Below, in pieces: positions 10,029 to 18,376 of a stretch of DNA of 64,000 nt. The translations under genes and the position numbers were made by a program. Source of the DNA: an uncultured Bdellovibrio sp. (GTDB taxonomy: Bacteria; Bdellovibrionota; Bdellovibrionia; Bdellovibrionales; Bdellovibrionaceae); contig CAWVRN010000009.1 in assembly GCA_963932905.1 (NCBI GenBank), positions 1 to 64,000 on the forward strand. Direction: 5' to 3'. Positions within the stretch are counted from its first letter, which is position 1. Each line of letters opens with the position of its first letter. The notes below the pieces were generated by a model. The model made no database searches. It was given only the letters and a program-made list of their open reading frames with translations, and had not been told where the DNA came from.

Positions 10029-11333
10029 ATGTTGCATTCAATTCCAGCCTTGGTGCTATTTTTTTTTATTAGTGTTTCTAGTAGTCGGTCGGCTAGCGGC
10101 AGTTCGTTGAAAAGTCTAGGTCCTTGTATTAACAAGGCCAATCAAAACAACGTAGCCTTACAGAAATCATTTAATCAGAGTTGGGAACCGTTGGGTATGA
10201 GTTATGTAGCATTCAATTCAGCCACGGGTAGAGAACAGAAACCTTTATTGCCTTCGAAAACTAGTTTTGTTTGTCAAAGCATGGCAGCCACCAATCAAAA
10301 AATTGATTTAAACCAGGTGTCTAGTTCATTGAACGAAGAATCAATTTTCGCTTTATCTCAGAATACTCGTTTTCCGCTGAATGGTGAACTAGGCTTTGTT
10401 CCTGCCGAGGAAACACCGACGCAATATAAATCTGAGATGATTAAGAAAGACTGTATTGTAGCTTCGATGAAAAGAAATCCCGGTAACACTGGTTATGTTT
10501 GTGACTACCCAGGTGATCGACACCCTACGGGTTTCAGTCCTTCTAAACAAAGTGTGCTTAAACCCTATGGTGAAGCATCAGGTTCAACGGCACAGTGTGT
10601 GGACGACCAAATGGCCGACTATATTCACTTTTCTGTGAATTCGGCGATTCAATGTCTGTCCGGCGTCGGCAAAATAGATAGTAAAACTATTTTTAGAAAA
10701 ATAAATAATGAGTCTGCATTTAATATCTCGGTCGCTTCAAGAGGTGGTCTTGGGATTGCGCAAATAACAACGAGCGCAGTAAAAGAAATGACGGATCCGC
10801 AGTTGGGTAAAGGACGATATGTTTTGGATCATGTAGCCAGCAGTAATGATCCCTCCTGCAACGGATTTAAAGACGTGGCGATTCACGATCTAAGAAATGC
10901 GCCATCGACTGAGGTGTCCAATCGCTGCGCTTGGCTCAGTCCCGGCGATGGCCTAGCTAGAAATTTGATATATTCCATTGGTTACTATCTGACAATGCGA
11001 GATAAATACATTGTACCGGCATTGAATAGAAGGTCTCCTGAGCTTGCTAAAAATGAAACTATTTTAAATGATCTAACGTCTATCTCTTATGGCGCAGAAG
11101 GTATCAAACATGTCAAAAATATGCTTCGTAAGTTTCGTGTTAACAAAAGAACGAATGTATCTGAATTAAGAAAAAAAATTCGTGGCGGTAGTGTTTATCT
11201 GGATGCTATCCAGGCGAAAATGAAAGAAGTCACTTGCTTCCGCAATGGAATTGATCCAAGTAACAAAGAATGTCGAAATATGAAATTTAATCCAAGTGAG
11301 CTTGAGGGGGATTCATGTGTATCACCCATTTAA
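10029..11333 (+). CDS. Secreted protein with lytic transglycosylase (SLT)-like motif
   Basis: Signal-like N-terminus; INNESAFN...GLGIAQIT matches the SLT ES...GLMQ pattern; several Cys residues. Confidence 0.6.
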   Translation: MLHSIPALVLFFFISVSSSRSASGSSLKSLGPCINKANQNNVALQKSFNQSWEPLGMSYVAFNSATGREQKPLLPSKTSFVCQSMAATNQKIDLNQVSSSLNEESIFALSQNTRFPLNGELGFVPAEETPTQYKSEMIKKDCIVASMKRNPGNTGYVCDYPGDRHPTGFSPSKQSVLKPYGEASGSTAQCVDDQMADYIHFSVNSAIQCLSGVGKIDSKTIFRKINNESAFNISVASRGGLGIAQITTSAVKEMTDPQLGKGRYVLDHVASSNDPSCNGFKDVAIHDLRNAPSTEVSNRCAWLSPGDGLARNLIYSIGYYLTMRDKYIVPALNRRSPELAKNETILNDLTSISYGAEGIKHVKNMLRKFRVNKRTNVSELRKKIRGGSVYLDAIQAKMKEVTCFRNGIDPSNKECRNMKFNPSELEGDSCVSPI

Positions 11334-11740
11334 TGGCTTATGTGCTATTAGTGACCGTCACGGTGTCAGCGAAAACCATGACGTTCAAAGACGTTATGAA
11401 GGAATCGAACCGGGTTAAAAAAAATATTACGTCGGCTAAATCGCTGGAACAGAAGAAAGATATTTTGAAAAAATGGGAAGCCAAACTTCAGGAAACCCTA
11501 AAGTCTTACGAAGAAGAGAACCCAAAAGAAGGAACGTCGGAAGAGGATTTAGTCAGTAAGTATCAGATATCTATGGAGCCTGTTTTTGACATAGTTAAGG
11601 ACCAAATTTCAAAAGTGGCTTGCGTTAAAGCAGTTCATCAAATTGAATTAGAAGATCGTGATAATACAAAAAAAGATCCGTCTTTGTTATCAAGTGAGGC
11701 TAAAGAAGCGTTGGCCATTCTAAAGTTATTCTGCAAATAG
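11333..11740 (+). CDS. Small secreted helical protein, translationally coupled to the SLT-like gene
   Basis: TAATG stop/start overlap at 11331-11335, short signal peptide, two Cys in the mature part. Alternative start 11315. Confidence 0.65.
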   Translation: MAYVLLVTVTVSAKTMTFKDVMKESNRVKKNITSAKSLEQKKDILKKWEAKLQETLKSYEEENPKEGTSEEDLVSKYQISMEPVFDIVKDQISKVACVKAVHQIELEDRDNTKKDPSLLSSEAKEALAILKLFCK

Positions 11741-11756
11741 AATTGGTATAGGAATT

Positions 11757-12890
11757 CTAAGAAACTTTCTTCGCATTTAGAGCATTTATAATTTCCCGTG
11801 AAATCAGATCCAGGCGAGCGACTTTATCAACCGCGCCCGATTCATAGGCAGCTTTGGGCATGCCGTAAACAACACTACTAGATTCGTCCTGCGCGATTGT
11901 TTTAGATCCTCGACGATGCATTTCTAATAAACCTTTCGCTCCATCAGCACCCATACCGGTTAGAATGACACCGACGCTGTTTTTACCAATGACTGAAGCC
12001 ACAGAATTAAAAAGGTAGTCTACAGACGGCTTATGAAGATTAATGGGTGAATCATCGTTCACTCGAACCTCGTAGCCTCTAGATGTCTTTTCTACTTTCA
12101 TTTGTTTTCCACCAGGTGCGATTAGAACTTGCGATGGGCGTAACTCATCGCCATCTTCAGCTTCTTTGACGACGAACGGGCAAAGCCCGTTCAGACGTTC
12201 AGCAAAAGCTTTTGAAAATACAGGTGGGATGTGCTGAACAATTAAGGTTGGCGGAATCTTTTCAGGTAACATCATAAGGACTCGAGTTACGGCCTCGGTT
12301 CCGCCAGTGGAGGCGCCGATAACTAAAATTTTTCTCGTATCAATTTCGATATCAGGAACGGTTCTGGAAGGAACAGGTCTTCGTTGCTGTATCGATACGT
12401 TTGGTTTGTTGTATTCGCGTGACTTTACGTTAGAAACTTGCAGGCGATTACTTGCTGTGTAGTACAAGATTTTTCTGCCGATGATATCGCCGATATCTTC
12501 GCCGGTGATCGCAATACCATTTTCGGAAAGGATTTTTCTGGCTATCATGATATTTTCGTGTCCGATGTCGTAATTTTGGTTGCCGATGACGATATCGGAA
12601 GCTCCACCGGCTATTTTGGCCGTAAATGTGGACGGGGGATCGCCGGTAATGTTCATAAATTCTTGGATTAGTGCCGGGATAGCGACTTCGCCATAACGAA
12701 AATCCTTGGCTTGGCCAAAATCAGAAAACGCTTTTGGGTGTCCGTAGTGAATCATTCCACCCATTTTTTGTTTTTCAGAATACAAACAGACGGAGACACA
12801 TGTTCCGAGTACAGTCGAAATCACCGAAGATTCAGGACATAAAATAATCTCACCAATACTTAAATGATATAGAGGCTCGTTGCCAATCAT
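11757..12890 (-). CDS. cheB: CheD-CheB fusion (receptor deamidase plus methylesterase, no receiver domain)
   Basis: N-terminal TVLGTCVSVC...GGMIHY...GEDIG (CheD); C-terminal GASTGG, VQHIP, TGMGADG (CheB). Start at ATG 12890, just after the cheR stop. Confidence 0.88.
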   Translation of the reverse strand: MIGNEPLYHLSIGEIILCPESSVISTVLGTCVSVCLYSEKQKMGGMIHYGHPKAFSDFGQAKDFRYGEVAIPALIQEFMNITGDPPSTFTAKIAGGASDIVIGNQNYDIGHENIMIARKILSENGIAITGEDIGDIIGRKILYYTASNRLQVSNVKSREYNKPNVSIQQRRPVPSRTVPDIEIDTRKILVIGASTGGTEAVTRVLMMLPEKIPPTLIVQHIPPVFSKAFAERLNGLCPFVVKEAEDGDELRPSQVLIAPGGKQMKVEKTSRGYEVRVNDDSPINLHKPSVDYLFNSVASVIGKNSVGVILTGMGADGAKGLLEMHRRGSKTIAQDESSSVVYGMPKAAYESGAVDKVARLDLISREIINALNAKKVS

Positions 12891-12891
12891 C

Positions 12892-13752
12892 TCAAGTCCC
12901 TTTTTTAAAAACAGACGGGCCGACAGGAGACCAACTGTGACTGATTCCCTGGAAAGACTCAGAATGTCCAATAAATAAATGACCGTCTTTTTTTACGGTG
13001 GACTGAAGCTTCTTTTGAACGAATTCGATAGTGTCTGGTGAAAAATAAATTAAAACGTTGCGACAGACAACTAAATCAAAAACGCCATTCCCTGGCGACG
13101 TACGATCAATAAGGTTGTGTTGTTTAAATACAATCTTATTACGTAGGTGTGGTTTGATCCTAAACCAACCACGAGCATCCCCCTTACCGATATCTAGGCA
13201 AGGAGTGTGGTAGTCCACCGGAATTTCCGTTTTTTTGGAAATTGGATACACCGAATTTTGAGCCGTGCTCAAAACCTCCGTATCGATGTCCGTTGCCAAT
13301 ATTTTGAAGTCACGTCCCTCAGGTAAATGGCGTGATAATACCATAGCCAGTGTAAACGGTTCTTCTCCAGTACTGGAGGCGGCCGACCAAACTTTGAAAA
13401 CTTTTTCTCGAGTTTTTAACCATTCAGGAAGAATGGTTTGAACAAGATATTCAAAATGTTTTGGCTCGCGGAAAAAATCAGTTTTGTTGGTGGTCAACAA
13501 ATTGGTGAAATATTCCCACTCCGGATCGTCTTTATCGATCTTTGCAAGGTAACTGCGGTAGTCTCCGTAGCTATCGAGGCCATTAGCTGTAACACGTGAA
13601 CGAAGTCGCGTACGAACTAAATCGCGCTTAGAAGTTTTCAATGAAATCCCGGCGCGGTCCTCGATTACCTTGCAAAAATAAAGTAAATCGTCTTCTTCTA
13701 AATCCGGGGTGGTTGTTGCACCCCATGGACTGTTGTTAGATGCCACAGACAT
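12892..13752 (-). CDS. cheR: Chemotaxis methyltransferase
   Basis: TTNKTDFFRE, WSAASSTGEE, ATDID, CRNVLIYF, GHSES. Confidence 0.95.
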   Translation of the reverse strand: MSVASNNSPWGATTTPDLEEDDLLYFCKVIEDRAGISLKTSKRDLVRTRLRSRVTANGLDSYGDYRSYLAKIDKDDPEWEYFTNLLTTNKTDFFREPKHFEYLVQTILPEWLKTREKVFKVWSAASSTGEEPFTLAMVLSRHLPEGRDFKILATDIDTEVLSTAQNSVYPISKKTEIPVDYHTPCLDIGKGDARGWFRIKPHLRNKIVFKQHNLIDRTSPGNGVFDLVVCRNVLIYFSPDTIEFVQKKLQSTVKKDGHLFIGHSESFQGISHSWSPVGPSVFKKGT

Positions 13753-15425
13753 TAGACATCCCTAAACCCGTCACTTTCGTAATCTGGAGTTTGATTGGCC
13801 GCTTTTTTAACTGGTAATTCTCCGTGAGGAACTGAAGTCTTTGCTTTTGGTGATCTTAAGCGGATCACATTTTGTTTAGTCGGTTCGCGGTAAGCTGGTT
13901 GAATAGATGCCGATGCCGTTTTTATTGGTTCTGCTGTTTGTGCACCACCATTGATTGTTAATACTAATTGAGTCACTGCATTTTTCAAAGACTCTGATTG
14001 AGCAGATAGTTCCACCGCCGATTGTGCGCATTCCTCGGATGTTGAAGCATTTTGCTGCGTCATTTGATCCAATTGATTCATAGCTTTTGTGATTTCAGAA
14101 CAACCTCGAGCTTGTTCTTGGGAGGCCGAAGAAATTTCTGTCGCCATTCCTGAAACAGCGCCAACATTGGTGACGACTTGTTCAAACACTTCGCCACACT
14201 CCCGCGTTATTTGTGAGCCTGTTTCAACGTTTTGTTTAGTATCGGCTACCATTTGGTTTACTTTGTTAATACTATTTTCAAGCAACGAACCAATTTCCTC
14301 TGCCGCAATGCCACTCATTCGTGCCAAGTTTCCCACTTCTTCTGCCACGACGGCGAAACCTTTACCGTGTTCACCAGCGCGAGCGGCTTCCACGGATGCA
14401 TTGAACGAAAGTAATTCTGTTTTGTGTACGATATCGTTGATAACTTTTGTTTTCTTGTCAATTTGTTCGATAACGCGAACAACTTCGATCATACCTTCGC
14501 TGCTTTGATTGATCTTTTGCATAGATAGAATCATTTTCTCAATAATACGTTTGCCTTGGTTAACCGTATCTTGTGATTTAGACGACGTTTCAGCCGCTGA
14601 CGCTGCATTTTCAGAGTTTTTAGCAACCATGGAATTCATTTCTTCCACCGAAGCTGCGGTTTCTTCTAACGAAGCCGCTTGTTCAGCCGCCGCTTGCGAA
14701 AGTTGTTCTGATGCAGATGCAATTTGTTGCGAAGCTGTGCTGACTTGAATAGAGCCTTCGGATAACATTTTAATTACGCTTTGAATAGAACGACCCATAG
14801 CGCGCAGGATTGCAAACGCCAATAGGCATGCAATCAACATAGACGCTAAGCTTACTGTGATTACTAAATTACGTGAATTCTCATACAAGATTTCCGCATT
14901 GGCGTTTTCTTCTTTCATAGTCTTATCGTTGCGATCGATTAGACTTTGCAAATCACTCTCGGCCTCTTTGCGGATTTCTGCCATCTGCTTCATAAATACC
15001 ATGGCGCCTTTGTCATCACCAGCGTATGCCAGTTTTTGACCTTCTTTTGCTTTTTCCCACCAGCGATCATAGCTATGACCAATTTTAGTCCAATAGGAGC
15101 GAGCTTCTTCGGATGAATCTTTGGTTGATTGTTCGATTTCTTCACGGAATTCGGTGTCTTTTTTATGCATTTCTTCCATCATGGCGCGGATGTGTTCTTT
15201 GTCGTCTTCTAAAATAATATTTGCTTGGCCAAGAGCTAATAAACGGAAGCTAGCGCGAACACGGTTGGCATGACGAATTCTGGGAACTGACTTGGTGATC
15301 GTATATTTTAGTGAGCCGTCTAGTTTTTCCATGCTATTGATGCCGACTACTGATATGCAGACACCGCCCAAGATAGCAATCATAAGGACGAACACTATTT
15401 TGATATTTAAACTTACTTTTTTCAT
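13752..15425 (-). CDS. Methyl-accepting chemotaxis protein (4HB-type periplasmic sensor)
   Basis: Two TM segments; [27 protein letters not shown] signalling hairpin. Confidence 0.95.
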   Translation of the reverse strand: MKKVSLNIKIVFVLMIAILGGVCISVVGINSMEKLDGSLKYTITKSVPRIRHANRVRASFRLLALGQANIILEDDKEHIRAMMEEMHKKDTEFREEIEQSTKDSSEEARSYWTKIGHSYDRWWEKAKEGQKLAYAGDDKGAMVFMKQMAEIRKEAESDLQSLIDRNDKTMKEENANAEILYENSRNLVITVSLASMLIACLLAFAILRAMGRSIQSVIKMLSEGSIQVSTASQQIASASEQLSQAAAEQAASLEETAASVEEMNSMVAKNSENAASAAETSSKSQDTVNQGKRIIEKMILSMQKINQSSEGMIEVVRVIEQIDKKTKVINDIVHKTELLSFNASVEAARAGEHGKGFAVVAEEVGNLARMSGIAAEEIGSLLENSINKVNQMVADTKQNVETGSQITRECGEVFEQVVTNVGAVSGMATEISSASQEQARGCSEITKAMNQLDQMTQQNASTSEECAQSAVELSAQSESLKNAVTQLVLTINGGAQTAEPIKTASASIQPAYREPTKQNVIRLRSPKAKTSVPHGELPVKKAANQTPDYESDGFRDV

Positions 15426-15440
15426 TTTTCATGTCTCCTA

Positions 15441-15962
15441 TTAGCCAACGTCTTTTAAATTTGTTTGTGTTAAAGCTTGGATATCTTGAATATTAAGTGC
15501 TGAACGAATATCTAAAATCAGCGTCATTTTATTATCTTCACGGCGAGCCACGCCTGTTAGATATTGTTGTTTGTTATCTGAAAGATTTGAAGGCGCTACA
15601 CTGATGTCTTCGTGTGGAAATGCCAGAACACTATTGATACGATCTACGATCACACCTAAAAATAGTTGAGGTTCGATGTCTAATATAATGATAGCAGTCT
15701 TGGGGCCCGGATCTGTTTTCGGTAGTCGCAATTTTGCTTTTAGATCTAGAACCGAGATAACTTGTCCGCGCAAGTTAATGATGCCTTTGAAGTAGGCGGG
15801 TGTCTGAGGGATCGGCATCGGTTCGCTCATCTCGATCACTTCTTTTACTTGAAGTAACGGGATTGCGTATTGTTCTTTGCCCAATAAGAACGCCAAATAG
15901 CGTTCACTTGTAGCGGCTTGTCGGGCGCGCGCGGGACTTTTGCTTTCTTCGTAATGACTCAT
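15441..15962 (-). CDS. cheW: Chemotaxis coupling protein CheW
   Basis: YAIPLLQVKEVI...GIINLRGQVISV. Start at ATG 15962 with a GGGAGAGG RBS. Confidence 0.92.
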   Translation of the reverse strand: MSHYEESKSPARARQAATSERYLAFLLGKEQYAIPLLQVKEVIEMSEPMPIPQTPAYFKGIINLRGQVISVLDLKAKLRLPKTDPGPKTAIIILDIEPQLFLGVIVDRINSVLAFPHEDISVAPSNLSDNKQQYLTGVARREDNKMTLILDIRSALNIQDIQALTQTNLKDVG

Positions 15963-15994
15963 TTGCCTCTCCCAATTTGTTTGGTTGTTAGGAT

Positions 15995-16002
15995 CTATCG
16001 GC
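15995..16002 (-). promoter_or_regulatory. Candidate sigma-28 (FliA) -10 element GCCGATAG for the chemotaxis operon
   Basis: One mismatch to GCCGATAA, about 33 nt upstream of cheW; -35 element poor. Confidence 0.5.
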
Positions 16003-16114
16003 AGGTATTTTTTTGAGGTAAGTAAATATTTATTTACAGCTAGTGATATACCAAACAACTGAAGTTATTTACTTCATTTTAACTAGAGAAAAGCAGCGGG
16101 CACTGGGTCCAGTG

Positions 16115-16138
16115 TGTTCTCAAGATTTCTTGAGAACA
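16115..16138. promoter_or_regulatory. Perfect palindrome TGTTCTCAAGA-tt-TCTTGAGAACA upstream of cheW
   Basis: 11-bp arms with a 2-nt centre; function inferred. Confidence 0.4.
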
Positions 16139-16197
16139 TGTATTGAAACGAATTGAGAAAGTTAGTTTGATATAAAAATTTGATAACGTCTCAATAT

Positions 16198-16238
16198 AGA
16201 TAAAGGGCCTTGGTTGTTCACACCAAGGCCCTTTATCT
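16198..16238 (-). terminator. 17-bp stem-loop downstream of 16273..17448
   Basis: AGATAAAGGGCCTTGGT / ACCAAGGCCCTTTATCT; no clear U tract. Confidence 0.55.
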
Positions 16239-16272
16239 TCTCTGGAGAAAACGTTCAGGAGAGAATTATTAA

Positions 16273-17448
16273 CTATTTTAGTTTGATAGATTCAGTGTCT
16301 TTAGACAATGGTTTAGCATTGTGGTAAATACTATTTGATTTGTAAACTTCAACGTCTACTTGCATTTTAAGCCCTTTTTTTCCAACTAGAGGTGAACTCA
16401 CTGGAATTGTTGTAGTTGGGCCAGTAGCGAGTTTAGTGAAAGTTTCTTTTTTGTCCCAAGTGATACATGGGAAAAAACCGATTTTGCATGATTTTACTTC
16501 GTATTTAATAACCAGTTGTTCGCCTTGGGCAACGGGAAGGATCGCCGGTGATACAGAAACTTGTAAATCAGCCGTCGTTGCGCCAGTGGCAGTTAAACTT
16601 ACTGACTGAAGGGAACCTTTAGGCAATGGAACTTGCTTACGAGCGGCACCGTCAATTGAAACCACGATGTGGTTTGGACCAGTTTGTTGAGCCTGGATAG
16701 CATATTTATTGTAGTAAGCTTCTTTCATAGAAATTTCACCGGCTTCTGGAGACACTGATAACTCTATATTTTCAGTTTCTGAAGGTAGCAAGATTGAATT
16801 TTCAACGTTAAATTCAAAAGATACTTGGCGTGATTCGATTGGTTGCTCAACCGGAGCATCACACGTTCGTTGTACGTAGTAGCCTTCTTGAATTACATGA
16901 ACTTCGTCACAAGTGTATGGAGTCGAAGTACAGCCACCAGCATAACCGAGATTAGCCATGTTTTCGTTCCTGTAATTGCTTAGTACAAGTGTTTTAACTT
17001 GTTGAGTGATCGCGCCATTAGCGGCAGCTGAATTGATCACAGATTTGAACGCGTTCCAAGATTTAGGTTTTGAGTTGAAATAACCACCAGCAACTAGTGG
17101 ATCAGCAGAAGCCTGACCAACACCTTTGATAGCGGCCGCTAAACGACTAGGCTTCTCTTCTTTGCGAGCAGAATAGAAAGCATCCCAAAGTGGGCTTTTT
17201 CCGGCTCCGCCGCTGCAAGTTGTGTCATAGCAAGTTCCTTGAACTACTTGAACTGTTGGTTCTACTGGGAAACCACACTCATAATAGTTGTGTTGTAGAA
17301 CGACACGTTGAAATGACTGAGCGTAAGTACCTTTTGATGCTGAACCGGCGACGGGCAGGCTTACAGTTTGTTTTTTCCAATAAACTTCTTGAGCTGTAGC
17401 AAACGATGAAATTAACAACATCGCTACAGGAATTAGATTTTTAAACAT
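16273..17448 (-). CDS. Secreted Cys-containing hypothetical protein with helix-hairpin-helix-like motif
   Basis: Signal peptide (SFATA-Q), AAGGA RBS, internal LAAAIKGVGQASA. Confidence 0.75.
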   Translation of the reverse strand: MFKNLIPVAMLLISSFATAQEVYWKKQTVSLPVAGSASKGTYAQSFQRVVLQHNYYECGFPVEPTVQVVQGTCYDTTCSGGAGKSPLWDAFYSARKEEKPSRLAAAIKGVGQASADPLVAGGYFNSKPKSWNAFKSVINSAAANGAITQQVKTLVLSNYRNENMANLGYAGGCTSTPYTCDEVHVIQEGYYVQRTCDAPVEQPIESRQVSFEFNVENSILLPSETENIELSVSPEAGEISMKEAYYNKYAIQAQQTGPNHIVVSIDGAARKQVPLPKGSLQSVSLTATGATTADLQVSVSPAILPVAQGEQLVIKYEVKSCKIGFFPCITWDKKETFTKLATGPTTTIPVSSPLVGKKGLKMQVDVEVYKSNSIYHNAKPLSKDTESIKLK

Positions 17449-17584
17449 GGATATTCCTTTGGTTTGGTTAAAATGACCATTGGAATCTATAGATTTTACA
17501 AAATGATTTCAACTGTAGAGAAATAGACAGAGCGACGGTTTTAGTCACTACCATCGGAAAGCGCCGTATTTATAGGGTTTTAGA

Positions 17585-18034
17585 CTAGTACTCGATCTTA
17601 GGTTGAATAATTGATTCTTCCAAAATTCGCGCACGTTCTTTCGTTAAGCGTGATAAACAACCAGTCACAACAACGGCTTCACCATGTCCACCGATCATTA
17701 CTGTACCTTCAAAATTACATTGAGCATCGCGATAGGAAGCCCATGCTTTTTCCGCAGCTACAAGGCGATTCAGTGTTTCTAGTGCGGCGTCTGATTGGTT
17801 GATAGCGTCGGGATTGATATTCCCTTTAATCTGTTCAATCAATTTCGTATAGACTTGGCTTAATTTGTTATCGGCAATAGCATAGTCTTCATTCGCACAT
17901 GCTTTCAGGGCGTCGTTCGACTGAGCCGCATCGTAACACTTGCTCACATCGAACTCCATTTCCGAATCTGCAAAGATTAGAAAAGGCATAATGAGTAATG
18001 CTAGTAGTAATACGATAGACGTTTTCATAACCAC
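17585..18034 (-). CDS. LprI/DUF1311 family lysozyme-inhibitor-like protein
   Basis: C..A.S......CA...Y..AD..L...Y and AEKAWASYRDAQC...C...LT.ER pattern; signal peptide. Confidence 0.85.
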   Translation of the reverse strand: MVMKTSIVLLLALLIMPFLIFADSEMEFDVSKCYDAAQSNDALKACANEDYAIADNKLSQVYTKLIEQIKGNINPDAINQSDAALETLNRLVAAEKAWASYRDAQCNFEGTVMIGGHGEAVVVTGCLSRLTKERARILEESIIQPKIEY

Positions 18035-18164
18035 CCCAAATTTTAAAAACGCTCCCCAGCGCGACTTTCTATATATAGCTCAGAATTACATTTTTTGTTT
18101 AGGAAAGTGGGGCTTTGATTTTATTTCAGGGAGTGTCAAAAATTTTGACGAAATTTGTAAGGGA

Positions 18165-18202
18165 TCGTTTGGGGGCGCCGAACACCGACGCCCCCCAAAC
18201 GA
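18165..18202 (-). terminator. GC-rich stem-loop after the helicase operon and DsbA remnant
   Basis: TCGTTTGGGGGCG / CGCCCCCCAAACGA. Confidence 0.55.
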
Positions 18203-18214
18203 ATAACCACGAAT

Positions 18215-18376
18215 TTATTTCGTAGTCATGGCGACAATTTTCTCAATCTCCTCAATGGGACGAGCCCCGTGCAAAGCAACGCCGTTCACAAGGAGGACGG
18301 GAGTTCCGGTAAATCCAAATTTCTGAAATTTATCCATATGGTTTTGAATTTTCGCGGCAACGTCAGCAGAAGTCAG
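18215..18376 (-). pseudogene. C-terminal remnant of a DsbA/thioredoxin-fold protein
   Basis: Manual translation LTSADVAAKIQNHMDKFQKFGFTGTPVLLVNGVALHGARPIEEIEKIVAMTTK* has the cis-Pro GTP..VNG motif; CxxC half absent. Confidence 0.7.
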
